A stretch of DNA of 64,000 bases from Octopus bimaculoides (taxonomy: Eukaryota), in the NCBI RefSeq assembly GCF_001194135.2, contig NC_069004.1:14105964-14169963 (forward strand). Direction: 5' to 3'. Position 1 is the first letter of the stretch. The number at the start of each line of letters is the position of its first letter. Of this stretch, positions 1 through 13,390 are shown in pieces. The notes below the pieces were generated by a model. It was not told where the DNA came from. It made no database searches and saw nothing but the letters and a program-made list of their open reading frames with translations. Position numbers and translations under genes: made by a program.

Positions 1-250
1 TTTTTTTATTTTGACATGGATTAGATGAGTATTATTGTATTGATGCAGTTTTCTATGGCTGATGCCCTTCCTATTTGCCAAACTTTACTTGTATTTTCTA
101 ATAAGATACTTTTAATCCATTACTGTTCACTTGTCAAAACATGAAATATGCTGAACTATGGAATGCTCAGCTTACAGGAGATTTAAAAAACAAGTGTGAT
201 TAGATGAAAACATGAAGAAACCAGCTCACCTCCTCCCATGTATGTGTATA

Positions 251-700
251 TATTGAGTCATCCCATAAATGATGTGGTTCTTTTATACTTTTATTTTTCA
301 AAATTAAGATAAACAAAGATCTTTTTTAATCTAAAATATACTCTCCTTCATTTTCTACAATGCTCTTCTATATATCTGGTAGACTTGCAAGGCCTCTCTT
401 CAAAATTCTCTAGCCCATGACGAAAAATACTGCTCCAGTACTGTTCTGACTTTGTCTACAGAATTCATATTTTTTCCATCCAAATGATTTTGAAGACTGC
501 AGAATAAATGATAATCATATAGGACAATGTCCGGTGAATATGGTGGGTGGGGCATCGTTTCCTATTCAAACTGCTCCAGCCTTCGGAATGTCATCCTCAC
601 TGTATGTGGCTGAGCATTATCCTAATGGAAGAACACCTTTTGTCTTAAAACCAAAGATGGCTGTTTTTCTTCTAGTGCTAACTTAAGCCACTCAAGCTGC
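251..700 (-). mobile_element. Mariner transposase C-terminal relic with one terminal repeat
   Basis: Minus-strand translation gives FFH*DNAQPHTV...PHPPYSPDIVLYDYHLF...ENEGEYILD* with stops. TATTGAGTCATCCCATAAAT at 251 resembles a mariner terminus. Confidence 0.88.
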
Positions 701-1733
701 TCACAATAGAATCTAGTTTTGTATTGTTTGGTTTGGGTTTAAACTTTCAAAGTGGACTAAACCTTTCATATCCCACCAAACAGATAACACCTTACATGGG
801 TGAAGACCTTCTTTAGCTTGGGGTGCTGGTGTTTCTCCTTTCCCTGTACACTATCTTCAGTGCTTGACATTTTCATAGAGAACCCATAAGAACCAGGCTT
901 AAAAATGAAATAAGTCTTGGGGTTGATTTATTTGACTGAAACCCTTCAAAGTGGTGCCCCAGCATGGTCATAGTTCAATGACTGAAACAAGGAGAAATAA
1001 AGGATAAAATATTTCCATATAAGACACTTACAGATTCTGTGGAAGAATGAATGCGTGTAAGTTTAGACAAACTAGAGACGTTTCCCTTCCTGACTCAACA
1101 CACAAAACTAATCATACAACAGTGAATGAAAGAAGAGAGATTTAAAATCAAGATACTTTAAATAATCACTAGTATTCTCCAGGCTGTACCAAATGTTCTT
1201 CAAAACTAAACCATTCCACTGCTAAGCTAACCAAATACTGAATCATACAAAAGTAAAATAGAAAAGCACATGGCTTAAGTAAATGCTAAAACACCAAATT
1301 TAATATTGATAGAAATGCTGTCAAAAGCAGAAGCCCTGCTTATGTATGGAATGCATGTGGAAAATTACAAAAAAAAAAAAAAGAAAATTATATATATATA
1401 TTCAAAACTTGTTAAATCTTTTACCTGCTTTAATAGATTTAATTCTGGTAAGAAATGTCAACAAATCTGGTAAGAAAAGTTTGATTGATACTGATATAAT
1501 GATGAATGGCAAATAGCTACGGCTTAATGTATTTGATCTCTTGTTCATAATCAGTGAATTATTTCGATTTAGTTATGGAGAGTAGATCATTCAGGACTTA
1601 ATGAAACTGAAGTGTCTTCCCTCTCTTTCTCCGAAGATATAAAGTATTAAACTTTTCTGCAAGATCTGCGCATGTATGTACTTAGACACATGCTCACACA
1701 GACACACACACAAACATTCACATATGCATATCT

Positions 1734-1760
1734 ACACACACACACATATATGTATGTATG

Positions 1761-1846
<86 letters not shown>

Positions 1847-1976
1847 CATATACACACACATATACATATAGATGTATATATACATTTATACAAATTCACA
1901 CACATATGTATACATGCATACACACATACAGATATATACATACATGCATGCACACACACACACACACACACACACA
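1734..1976. repeat. Compound (TA)n/(CA)n microsatellite
   Basis: Direct inspection. Similar tracts occur throughout, e.g. 7888-8050, 17280-17400 (GA-rich), 35490-35605 (purine tract), 57678-57850 (GTA/GTG), 63210-63297 (TG) and 63965-64000 (TA). Confidence 0.97.
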
Positions 1977-2658
1977 GAGGCGATAAATCTCAATGAATTT
2001 ATAGCTATCAAAAAAAGTATATATACTAGTGCTTCCCAAAGTGGGCAGTACTTCCCTAGTGAAGCGGTGGATCATTTTGTACGTGCACTGGTGTCAAAAG
2101 AAGAAGGATGGTACTAAACATATTTGTACAAACTTGAAAATAAATAAAAAAAAAGAAAAAGAAAAGAAAACATGAAAATATTCACGATAATTATATGTCT
2201 AGAATATCAATCAGACTTGAAACTAAATAAAACCAAAGTGATTAAAAATTTAGGATCAAAAAAGATATTCTTTTCCAGACTTAAAATATTCTTTTCAGAT
2301 AAAAAGACTCAATATGATCAGTGAGTAGAACATCCTAAGAATCGTATACTAAACTAACAATGAAAATTACATCCAACTCAAGTGAATAATTCTGATAATA
2401 TCTAGAGCAAACTCTTAGTCCTTCTGCAGACAGTCTCTTTGGTGTTGGTGGCAGAATGAAAGGCAGCCAGTAAACAGTGTAAAATAATTGATGACAAGAA
2501 GAGTATCCAACAGTAAAAACCCATGCTTCCCTACACTAAATCTAGCATAGTAAATGTATATATACATTGTGTATCATACTAAATGTATATACAACATTGA
2601 AAGGCATAATGCTGTGATTTTAGCCAGAGAGAAATCTTTTTGTACAATTGTGTTAAAA

Positions 2659-2710
<52 letters not shown>

Positions 2711-3142
2711 TCTTAATAAGGAAAATATAGTCACAGCAGTGATTCATGAGAAAAACAAACATGTTTCTTCCTACTTGGGGCTTGTCAATGCCAAGAAGTT
2801 CATGTCAATATTCACACACACACACTATTATATATAAGCAATAAAAACTGAACAAAGCTATATTATTACTAATATATAAGGCTGATGAAATTACACAGAG
2901 ATGTCTTAGAAAAAAAAAATAAAGAAAATTGTTTATACAGTTATTTGTAATTCTATCAGAATGTTTTGTAGCTAAATGAAGATCATAGAAATTATGATGT
3001 CAGTGCTACAAGACAAATGCTATCTATGTATGCAGTATACATTAAACCAGCGCTTTTGGGACCTTGGTGGTACCAGATTATCATATATGTCAGTGTATGA
3101 AACCAAATCTTAAAGAAAAGAAGCAAACAACTAAAGAACACC

Positions 3143-3212
<70 letters not shown>

Positions 3213-3664
3213 GAATAGTGGTTCCAAATTTTGGCATAAGACCAGCAATTTTGGGGGAGGAATAGGTCAGTTACATCAATACCAGTGCTCAACCAGTTCT
3301 TATTTTATCAACCCTGAAGGATGAAAGGCGAAGTCAATCTCAGTGGAATTTGAACTCGGAACATAATAACAGATGAAATGCTGTTAAGCATTTTGCCAGG
3401 TGTGCAAACAATTCGGCCAGTTCACTGCCCTAATAATATCAATAATATTAATAATAATATTTTCTACTATAGGCACAAGGCTTGAAATTTTGGGGGAGGA
3501 GACTAATCGATTACAGCAACCCCAGTGTTTCACTGATACTTAATTTATCGACCCCGAAAGGATGAAAGGCAAAGTTGACATCAGCAGAATTTTAACTCAG
3601 AACATGGAGACAGACGAAATACTGTGAAGCATTTTGCCCAGCGTGCTAATGATTCTGCCAGCTA

Positions 3665-3865
3665 AATGCCTCCAGAAAACTGGAAAATCCAGAAACTCAG
3701 GGCACTTCTGGTTCTTAACTTGCTGGATAATTGGTCCAATACTGTATTTTGTTTTTAGTTCCATCAATTTTCTATAAATACATCTGTCTTGAGTAATTCA
3801 AAGGGTTAAACTTTCTTATTTATAACAAAGATATTCCAGATAAATATTTCAGCTTTTTAATAATA
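3665..3865 (+). repeat. Dispersed repeat with copies at about 13430-13605 and 15794-15855
   Basis: Shared CTCCAGAAAACTG.AAAATCCAGAAA...CACTTCTGGTTCTTA.CTT...GAGTAATTCAAAGGGTTAAACTTTCTTATT; the internal AAAGGGTTAA resembles a piggyBac-like end. Confidence 0.75.
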
Positions 3866-5813
3866 ATCCTTTCTACATGCTTTGTTTTTCTAATACTTTT
3901 CCCAAATTGGTAATTTTTATTTACATTGAAAGTCATTTTCATCAATAAATGGACAATACTACTGGATATCTCATCACCACTAACTTATCTCCTTCGAAGA
4001 TACTGGTTCATTCTTGCTCTCCCCTAAATGTGAGTAGCCATGTAGCTGCTCCTCTACAACATGAACCAGCTCTTACCCAATGCTATCTCTCATACCTTAA
4101 AACCACCACCTCACATAGAAATGCTCCTGCCATCTCCTTGAATTTTGTAGACCTGAAAGCTGCATGGCAACCTCACTAGTACCAGTGGCATGGAAAAACA
4201 AAACACTCAGTACACACTGTAAAGTGGTTGGCATAAGGAAGGAAGGACATCCAGCTGTAGAAACCATGCCAAAAGACACATTAGAGCACAAGGCAGTTTT
4301 TGGACCCACTGGATTCTGTCAAACTGTTCAACCTATTCCAGCAGGAAACATGGACATGAAATGGTGATAGGGGTCAGTCATTTGACTGTGGCCATGCTGG
4401 AGCACCGCCTTTAGTCCAACAAATCGACCCCAGGATTTATTCTTTGTAAGCCTAGTACTTATTCTATTGGGCTCTTTTGCCGAACCGCTAAGTTACAGGG
4501 ACGTAAACACACCAACATCAGTTGTCAAGCAATGGTAGGGAGACAGACATATACATATATATACGATGGACTTCTTTCACTTTCCGTCTACCAAATCCTG
4601 AAGCTATAGTAGAAGACACTCGCCCAAGGTGCTACGCAGTGGGATTGAACCCAGAACCATGTGGTTGGTAAGCAAGCTACTTACCACAACAGCCACTTCT
4701 GTGCCTATATGTATATGCACACACATACATACATAGGAGATAAAGGCAGATACAAAATACTTCAGTGCTGGACACCATCTTTTTCAACATAGATATAAAC
4801 AATGATGGAATGACCCTAATTACCTGATGGTAATTAGGGAAAAAAAACTCATGCTTTACAAAAAAAAAAAAAATTCTCAGTAAATTGCATTTATTGGACA
4901 ATCAGATACTGGATTAATAGATCATTTCCATATTGGTTTCAAATTTTGGCATAAGGCCAGCAATTTCAGGGAAGGGGATAAGTTGATTACATTGACCTCA
5001 GTGTTCAACTGGTACTTATTTTACCAACTCCAGAAAGATGAAGGGTAAAATGAACCTCAGCAGAATTTGAACTCAGAAATTAAGACAGACGAAATGCCAC
5101 TAAGCATTCTGTCCAGCATGCTAATGATTCTGTTAATTTGCCACCTTAACCATTATTGTAGCATTAAACATACAGCTACTGTCGTGTTTGTATAGTTGTA
5201 TTAAATTGGTGCGGAAGCCTTTATGTGGACCCCTAACTTTTCTAGAAATAGAAGCCAAATCTCTCTCTCTCTCTCATATGCAATCATCTTACAAATTGAA
5301 GGACACACTGGATAATGTAATCCTAGATATACTGTGACTGATAAAAAGAAGGGATAGTCAAGAGGGAAATGTTTTGACCACAAGTTTGCTTGATTTCTAA
5401 GCAGACATTGAGCTAAGCGACATCAACAAACCAAGTCACAACTACTAAATTTATTCAGTTGTAATTGTAAACCACTAATGATGATGATGATGATGACAAT
5501 GATGATGGTGATGATAAAGGAAACAAAGAGAGAAGTTTAAATACATTTTCAACGGACCACTTGATGAGCAAGTCATACAACAATTGCTAGCTTATGGCCA
5601 AACTAACAATGGAGATCGTTGCAATCCTCAATGAAACGGGATGACGGTAATCAATAGGGAATAGGTGAACAATCTTACTGTTAGCCAATCAATAGGTAAT
5701 ATAGGAAAAAGTGTGAGGTGTGAAGACAGGTAAGTTCACAACTTACAAACAATACTGTTATGAAACTGATCAATAGTTTGATAAAACTAACAATTCATTA
5801 TTATTATCTTTAT

Positions 5814-6620
5814 TAAGGCAGTGAGCTGGCAAAATCGTTACTGTATCAGGCAAAATGTCCACTGAAGTCCAGTTTGCCTTTCAACATTTCAGGGTTAGTA
5901 AAGTAAGGATCAGTTGAACACTGGGGTCGTTGTAATTGTCTTAGCTCTTCTTCTGAAATTGCGGGTCTTGTGCCAAAATTTGAAACCCTGGCAGAATTTC
6001 TACTGTACCAGGCAAAATATGCTTAGCATTTTGCCCATCTTTGCATTTTGTGTTCAAATCTCGCTGAGGTCAATTTGCCTTTCATCCTTTCAGGGTTGAT
6101 GCTAAGCATACCAGTTGAGCAATGCAGTCGATGTGACTATCTCCCCACCAAAAATTTCAGGTCTTGTGCTTATCATAGAAAGGATTATTATTATCATTAT
6201 TATTAGTAGTATTAAGATGTAAGGCAGCGAGCTGGCACAATTGCTAGCACACTGAACAAAATGCTTAGTCTTATTTCATTTACCTTTATGGTCTGAGTTC
6301 AAATTCCGCCAAGACTGACTTTGCTGTCCATCCTTTCAGGCTCAATGAAATAAGTATCAGTTAAGTAATGGGGGGTCTATGTAATTGACTAGTTCCCTCC
6401 CCAAGATTTCAAGCCTATTAGCAGAACCATTAGCATGTTGGACATTTCTTAGTGACATTTTTTCTGACTTTATGCTTAAGTTCAAATGCTGCTGGGACTG
6501 ACACTGTCTTTCAACCTTTCAAGGTTGATAAAATAAGTACCAGTTGAGCATTGGGGTTGACGTAATTGACTAGTCCTCTCCCACAAAATCTCAGGCCTTA
6601 TGCCAACAGTAGAAAGGATT
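5814..6620 (+). mobile_element. Four tandem, degenerate family A SINEs
   Basis: Same A-box/B-box/central-domain consensus. Further family A copies at about 3220-3670(-), 4936-5147(-), 6852-7025(+), 11480-11690(-), 20375-20600(-), 33530-33725(-), 37110-37320(+), 42820-42955(-), 43528-43740(+), 44595-44810(+) and 59235-59430(+). Confidence 0.85.
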
Positions 6621-7153
6621 ATTGCCATAAGTATTTCTTTGATAATTTCATGTGAGTTTCTGAGTTGTATGCAGTATTGTTTTTTATTTTTGTGAGGAAT
6701 GGAGGTGTGTAAACTCCTCCTGTTGGTGAACCGCATCAGACTGTTTTGTAGTGGGGTTTAGTTTCTTGTTATATTAGTATGCATTCAATGTAATCAACTT
6801 CCCCTTAAAATTTCTGACCTTGTGCCAAACTTTGAAGCAATTATTATTATATAAGGGCAGCAAGCTTGGTGGAATTTTTATCACGTGGCACAAAATATTT
6901 GGCAGAATTTCTTCTAGCTTTATGTTCAAATTCCATAGAGGTAGACTTTGCCTTTTATCCTTTCAGAATTGATAAAATAAGAACCAGTTGAGAATTGAGT
7001 CCAATGAAATCAACTAGCTCCCTGTCAAAAAAAAAACAACTTTGAAGCCTGCTTACACACAAAGCTTTAATTAGCCTTGGGCTATAGAAGACACTCGCCT
7101 AAAATGCCATGCAGTGGGACCATGTGGTTGGGAAACAAACTTCGTAACACTTA

Positions 7154-7391
7154 ACACATATAAAGCCAGAGCAAGCCAACAGGAGATAATTTTCACCCAC
7201 ATTGATGCAAAGTTGGAATTTAATGTTTTCAAATCTGAGCTTGGTCTAAACCAGTTGGTGAGAGTCATCATGACATAGAGAGAGGTTAGGCAGAACATGA
7301 AGTGAAAGAAAGAGTAGCTGTAAGCAACCTCTTCATCCTTGTTGTCCCAGACATTCTGTCCACTTTTTCCAGTTTCACCATCTTCAGATTT
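7154..7391 (-). pseudogene. SERINC: Truncated, apparently processed SERINC (serine incorporator/TMS1) fragment
   Basis: Translates to KSEDGETGKSGQNVWDNKDEEVAYSYSFFHFMFCLTSLYVMMTLTNWFRPSSDLKTLNSNFASMWVKIISCWLALALYV, the SERINC C-terminal signature (YSYSFFH, LYxMMTLTNW, WVKI). There is no credible splice acceptor or donor. It breaks before the usual WTLVAP and runs into SINE sequence. Confidence 0.85.
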
Positions 7392-7983
7392 AGTGTACCA
7401 AAGTACATGTATGTATTTGCATGTGTACACATGCGTATATTTAAATATTATTTGAGTCCTTCTTACAAGAAAGGAGCTGGCTTCTAACAAAGAAGCAATG
7501 CTCTATCACTGGAATTTGAATAACAAAAATACTAGAAAAGTTTTGCATATATTTATTGTTTTGCTTACAGATTGTATTTGTAAAGTATATGTTAGATGGC
7601 CACTTTCCTTGTCTATAAACCCTAACTTTTTGAAACAGTCACTTAATATTTACAAACATAGCCAGCACTGTCTTGGTATTGTTATAAGCCTTGAGCAAAT
7701 TATTGCACTGGGTCCCATTAGTAAATACATATATTTTGACAGCAAAACATAGATTAGAAGTGAGCCCCTAAAGCGACTTCCCAATGTGCCCATGCCTGAA
7801 GATGGCACTGAACATAGTCAAGAGCATGAATAATAATTGATGTTAATGTGAATTTATGATCAGAGTAGAATAGCTACATGTTTTAAGATATATATATATA
7901 TATATATATATATANNNNNNNNNNNNNNNNNNNNNNNNNNNNNNNNNNNNNNNNNNNNNNNNNNNNNNNNNNNNNNNNNNNNN

Positions 7984-8045
<62 letters not shown>

Positions 8046-11000
8046 TGTGTGTGTGTGTTAGTATTGACCTTCAATTGTTAATATAACTAAAAACTAAACA
8101 GAATATTGCTTTGAGATGAATAATTCTCAGACAAAGTCCCTAATACTAAATATAAAATTGAAAAAAAAAAAAGCTTTTATTTTAGAAATACTGCCCCAGT
8201 TTAATCCCTGAATATGTTACATATAAAAGAACAAAACAAAATAAAACAATAATATCTCTGTCTAATAAAGATGTTTACTGTTATATAATATCAGACTGGT
8301 CAAAACCACCATCGACTGTCTGCCAGAAATAACTATAGTTGTGTTAACACTTTAAAGTTTAAGATATGATAGTGTCTGGCAGGGCTACAATTTTGCTTTA
8401 GATTTACATCTCAGCTTAGCAGTCAACTGCAGTATGACAGCCACCAATCAGCTAGTTGGAAGTTCAAGACCAGCACACTTAATAGATTGTAGCTGAGATA
8501 AATGTGATGCAGAACAAGTATTGATTTCTTATGCAAACACAAACACTTAGCAATAGATTTCCTAAGAAATGAGGAGGGAAATATGCTGTGACATTCATGC
8601 CTCTGTCAGTGCTATTACTAATGGCATAACATTTCTTCCTCCTTTACATTGTGAGTTCAAGTGCTGTTGAGGTTGATTTTGCCTTTCACTTGTTCGGGGA
8701 CAATAAAATAGGTACTGGAGTTGATGGGCTAGATCTTACCCTCATATAACTTCAGGCCTTGTGCCAATAGAAGAAAGATTTGTTAAGAGGTGTAAGCTCA
8801 ATTGAATGTCTTACATTAAATGTAAAGAAATTAAGTTGCAGAATTGATTAACGCTAACTACTTCATGGAGTCTGCTTAAGAGGCATTCTTCAACATTATC
8901 ATCATCATTTAGCATCTGTTTTCCATGATAGCATGGGTAAGACCATTTGACTGGAGCTGGTAATCTGAAGAGCTGCACTGGGTTCTGGTCTGTTTTGGCT
9001 TGGTTTCTATGGTTGTATGCCCTTTGTAATGCCAACCACTCCAAAGCATGTACCAGGTGTCTTTGATGTGTCACCAGCACAGGTGTCTTTTACCTGTCAC
9101 CAGCATGAGTGCTTTTATGTGTCACTGGCATGGCTGACTTTTGCATGGCGCCAGCATGGGTGCCTTTTATGTGTCATGGTACAGGTGCCTTTCGCATGTC
9201 ACTGGCACTAACCAGCTTGATGTATCTTCTCAAGCATAGCAACTCACCAAAAGTCTGAGTCACCTGTCATCACCATCATGAACACATCAGGATTGGTAGA
9301 GTGACAATCAAAATACTTTGTGGTATTTACATTCCTTTATATTTGATATCCCTAAATCAATCAATCAAGCATTAGGGTTCACTGACTTTTGTTCCCCTCC
9401 TCCATCAACTGTACTTACGTCTGTGTTGATCCTAGAGACCCATTACGCTGGAATTTATAATTCCTCTGATGTTTAACTCTTTTGGTACCAACCTGCCTAA
9501 AGCCACCCAGGTGCTATGATACAAATTTCATGTTTTAAAGTGATTTAAATTAAAAACTTCCATCAAAATTTCATGCTAAGTTATGTTCTAAAGAAGCTTA
9601 ATAAAAGCCAAGATATTTTACTAAATTCTTCATTATTTTATGAAAGTTTAACGAAAACAAAGTCAGTGTATTTCAATCGAAATATGGTAACAAAAGTCTT
9701 AAGTGACTGAGAGTACTATATTCACTAACCTGAGCAGGATGCTAATCCATGGTAAAGTTAACTCCTGCCCAGCTGTCACTGGTACTCAGTCTTCAACTGA
9801 GTGGACTGAAGTAATATGAAATGAAATGCCTTGCTCAAGGATGCAATGCACCACAAATCTTGAAAATTGAACTCGTGACCTTACAGTTGTGGGTCCAGCA
9901 TCCAATCCACTACGCTAGATGCCTTAGCATGTGCTTGACATGTAAGAACTCATTATAATATAATTATTGTTATCTTACATGGATAAAAGTTCTCTCATTT
10001 TAAGAAGGGAATTGTTGATTATATTAACACCAGACCTTGGAAAGATGAAAAGCAAAGTTGATCCTGGATGGATTTGAACTCAAAACGTAAAGAGCCAGAA
10101 CACATACCATAGAGCATATTGTCTGATGTTCAAATGATTCTGGAATCAGTTGCAGACCAGTAGTGTAAGTAGGATTCAATGTTATAATTAATAATTTGAA
10201 GTTCAAATCTTATTAAGAGTTTGAAAAGAAAAGAAGAAAAAAAGAAAAAGATGAAAAGCTGCTGTTTTTCTGTCCAAAGGGTTTTTAACCTAATGAATTA
10301 TAAACTAATATTTATAGCCAACTTTGCTTCAAGATACATCATTAATAAAGACACATTTAGATATTTCTAGCTGCTTCTATATTTGCATTCTAATTACAAT
10401 AAACATTTCTTTTAAAAAAAGACATTTTGATGGTGAGAAAGAAACAACATTTGTTGAGGAAGTGATAAAAACAAACTGAGAAATCAGAAAGAAGTCTGAG
10501 AATTAAATTAGACCAGTAGAACAGTTAGATATTATTTGGTGTGTAAGGTTGATTAAATAGTTTTCTTTGTTGTGTGAAGAAGCAAGCCTTACAGTAATGT
10601 TTCATTTGAGATTTTGAAAACTAAGTTGAATAACAGTAAATATTTATTCATTCATTCATTTGGTTCTTTTTCTATCAAATTAGTTTGTTGATTTAGTAAG
10701 CTAAGAAAATCAGATTAACTGATGGAAGGATAATAAAAGTAATTATCAAATAACGAGATGATAAGTAAAGCTTTGTTAATTTTAAACTAATTACAAAACT
10801 TTGAAAGCAACTGAGTTGCTGCCGAAGTAAGAAACAATGCCAGAAATGACAGGTGAAGGTGATAAAGGATTGAATTTTGTTGTCTCAAATTAAGGGTTGT
10901 TAAAATTAATGTTTCATCTTAAAGGTCAATAAAGAAATTCAATACCAGACCGCTTATCCAGCTTCCAGATGTTCAAAATTTCCAGAAATCTAGGAATTTT

Positions 11001-12130
11001 GTGCAGTTCTGTGTAATATACTGTACCCTTGTATTAAGTAAATAGTCTCTGCTCTGCATATTAGTTAATTTAAAGGCACATAGCTTAGTGTTTAGGGTAT
11101 TCAGCTCATGATTGTTAGTTTGTGAGTTTGATTCCCAGTGACATGTTGTGTCCTTGAGCAAGACGCTTCATTTCACATTGCTCCAGTCCCCTCACCTGGC
11201 AAAAGTGAGTTGCACCTGTTATTCAAAGGGCCAGCCTTGTCACATTCTGTGTCACACTGAATCTCCCTGAGAACTGCATGAAAGGTACATGTGTGACTGG
11301 AGAGCTCAACTGGAACCCTCATTACCATAACCGACAGAGAGCCAGGGGGGGGGGGGATGTGTGGAAATTGTATACAATGTGGTGCTCCAGCATGACCACA
11401 GCTGCATGGCTGAAACTAGTAAAAGAATGTATTAAAAATAGTTTTGTTCTTAACTTTCTTATGTGGATTGAAAAATATTGGTTTCAAATTTTGGCACAAA
11501 ACTGACCATTTCAGTGAGGGGATAAGTTGATTACATGGACCCCATTGTTCAACTGGTATTTATTTAACTGACCATGATGGGATGAAAAGCAAAGTCAACC
11601 TCAGCAGAATTTGAACTCTGAATGTAAAGACAAATGAAATGTTGACAGGCAATTTGTCCAGTGTTCTAATGATTCTGCTGATTTGCTGCTTTTGGAATGA
11701 TAAATATTAAACATACTCTGTTTCAGATATTCTTTTGCTCCTTTACTTCTTTCAGTCATTTGACTGTGGCCATGCTGGAGCACTGCCTTAAAGGGATTTT
11801 GTCCACAAAATTGACCTCAGGATTTATTCTGTGTAAGCCTAATACTTATTCTATCAGTCTCTTTTGCCAAACCACTAGTTTACGGGGACGTAAATACACC
11901 AATGTAGGTTGTCAAGTGATGGTGGGAGGAGAAACACAGATACAAAGACACACACACATATATACAGGGATGTAAACACACCAGGTATTGGTAGTGCAAA
12001 TCAGAGGTGCAATCTGTGTGAGTGTTTTTTCAAAACACTGTCTGGTTTAAAAAGCCACATCAGACGCCATGAAAGGGCTAAGGTGTAGGTGCAGGAGGTG
12101 GTCAAACTCTGTTTAAGGAGTAGACAACCA

Positions 12131-12171
<41 letters not shown>

Positions 12172-12399
12172 CTTCTTTCAGTTTCCATCTACATAATCCA
12201 TTCACAAGGCTTTGGTTGGCTATAGTAGAAGATACTTGCCCAAGGTGCTACACAATGGGACTGAACCCAGAAACATGTGGTTGGGAAGCAAGCTTCTTAA
12301 TACACAGCTGCACCTGTGCCTATATGTATTAATTTGTACTGGTATCTGTTAAGTAAAACCATGTTCTTTACTCTTCTTCATTTAATTTTCATCTTATAA

Positions 12400-12560
12400 A
12401 CATTATACAGCATACATGATACAGTACAATCAATTTTAAGAATGTTTAAGTATCCTAATAAATAGCAAACAGATCCTGTTTTAGAAGTGTATTCATTTGA
12501 ATCAGTTAAATGCAATTTAGCTCTTCACTTTTTCATAGTTTTATTTTGTATTTTAAGTAT
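12400..12560 (+). repeat. Diverged duplication of about 160 bp with 14990-15125
   Basis: Shared CATGATACAGTA...TTTTAAGAAT...TAATAAATA.CAAACAGATCCTG.TTTAGAAGT.TATT.ATTTGAATC.GTT.AAT.CAATTTAGCTCTT. Confidence 0.75.
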
Positions 12561-12589
12561 ATATATATATATATATAGATATATATATA

Positions 12590-12789
12590 TCTTTTACTCT
12601 TTTACTTGTTTCAGTCATTTGACTGTGGCCATGCTGGAGCACTGCCTTTAGTCAGGCATATTGATCCCAGGACTTATTCTTTGTAAGCCCAGTACTTAAT
12701 CTACCGGTCTCTTTTGCCGAATCGCTAAGTTACAGGGATGTAAACACACCAGCATCGGTTGTCAAGCGATGATGGGGGAACAAACACAG

Positions 12790-12820
<31 letters not shown>

Positions 12821-13390
12821 ATAATATTAGGGACAAAATCCAAAATTACAGGTAAAAAACTCAATTAAAATCAATTTATAAAAAATTAAAATTAAATTGA
12901 GCCATATAGATAAAGTATATATAAAATATATAGTTTTAGGGAAAATAACCAATTTTCAAGAACTCATCGATGAAAATCCACTATCACATATAGAAAAATT
13001 AATAATTAAAAGCTCAATAAATGAGTATAATATAAAGTAAAGTAAATATCATAAGATAAATATAAAATATTATATTATATTATATTTATCNNNNNNNNNN
13101 TTACTTTACTTTATATTATACTCATTTATTGTGCTTTTAATTATTAATTTTTCTATATGTGATAATGGATTTTCATCGATGAGTTCTTGAAAATTGGTTA
13201 TTTTCCCTAAAACTATATATTTTATATATATATATATATAAATATATACGACAAGTTTCTTTCAGTTTCCGTCTACCAAATCCACTCACAAGGCTTTGGT
13301 CGGCCTGAGGTTATAGTAGAAGGCACTTGCCCAAGGTACCATGCAGTGGGACTGAACCTGGAACCATGTGGTTGGTAAGCAAGCTACTTA
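12590..13390 (-). mobile_element. Family B SINE (tRNA head, CORE-like centre, internal (TA)n/(CA)n) interrupted by a foldback insert
   Basis: Head GTGGCTGTGTGGTAAG..GCTTGCTT.CCAACCACATGGTTCC.GGTTCAGTCCCACTGC; CORE-like CCTTGGGCAAGTG; tail GACTGAAACAAGTAAAAGAG. Other copies at about 4370-4712(-), 11745-12320(-), 15385-15785(+), 16828-17200(+), 20620-20760(-), 24297-24670(+), 24680-24830(-), 26750-27130(-), 29820-30220(-), 41530-42040(+), 44875-45240(+), 45960-46230(+) and 55085-55280(-). Confidence 0.88.

Noticed and set aside
2830-2895. CTGATGA after a TA-associated AT-rich segment
   Set aside because: No downstream GAAA or stem II partner; at most a truncated element end.
1647-3324. ORFs with YIYI, HTHT, III or NNN runs (also 49312-50066, 53650-54507, 62440-63330)
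   Set aside because: They are translations of microsatellites and N gaps, not genes.
7071-7490. 139-aa ORF as a functional SERINC gene
   Set aside because: The N- and C-terminal portions are low-complexity or SINE-derived, only an internal fragment is SERINC-like, and there are no splice signals.
9419-9447. Possible microexon with AC|GTAAGT donor on minus strand
   Set aside because: Poor polypyrimidine tract, 29 nt, no recognisable peptide; not distinguishable from chance.
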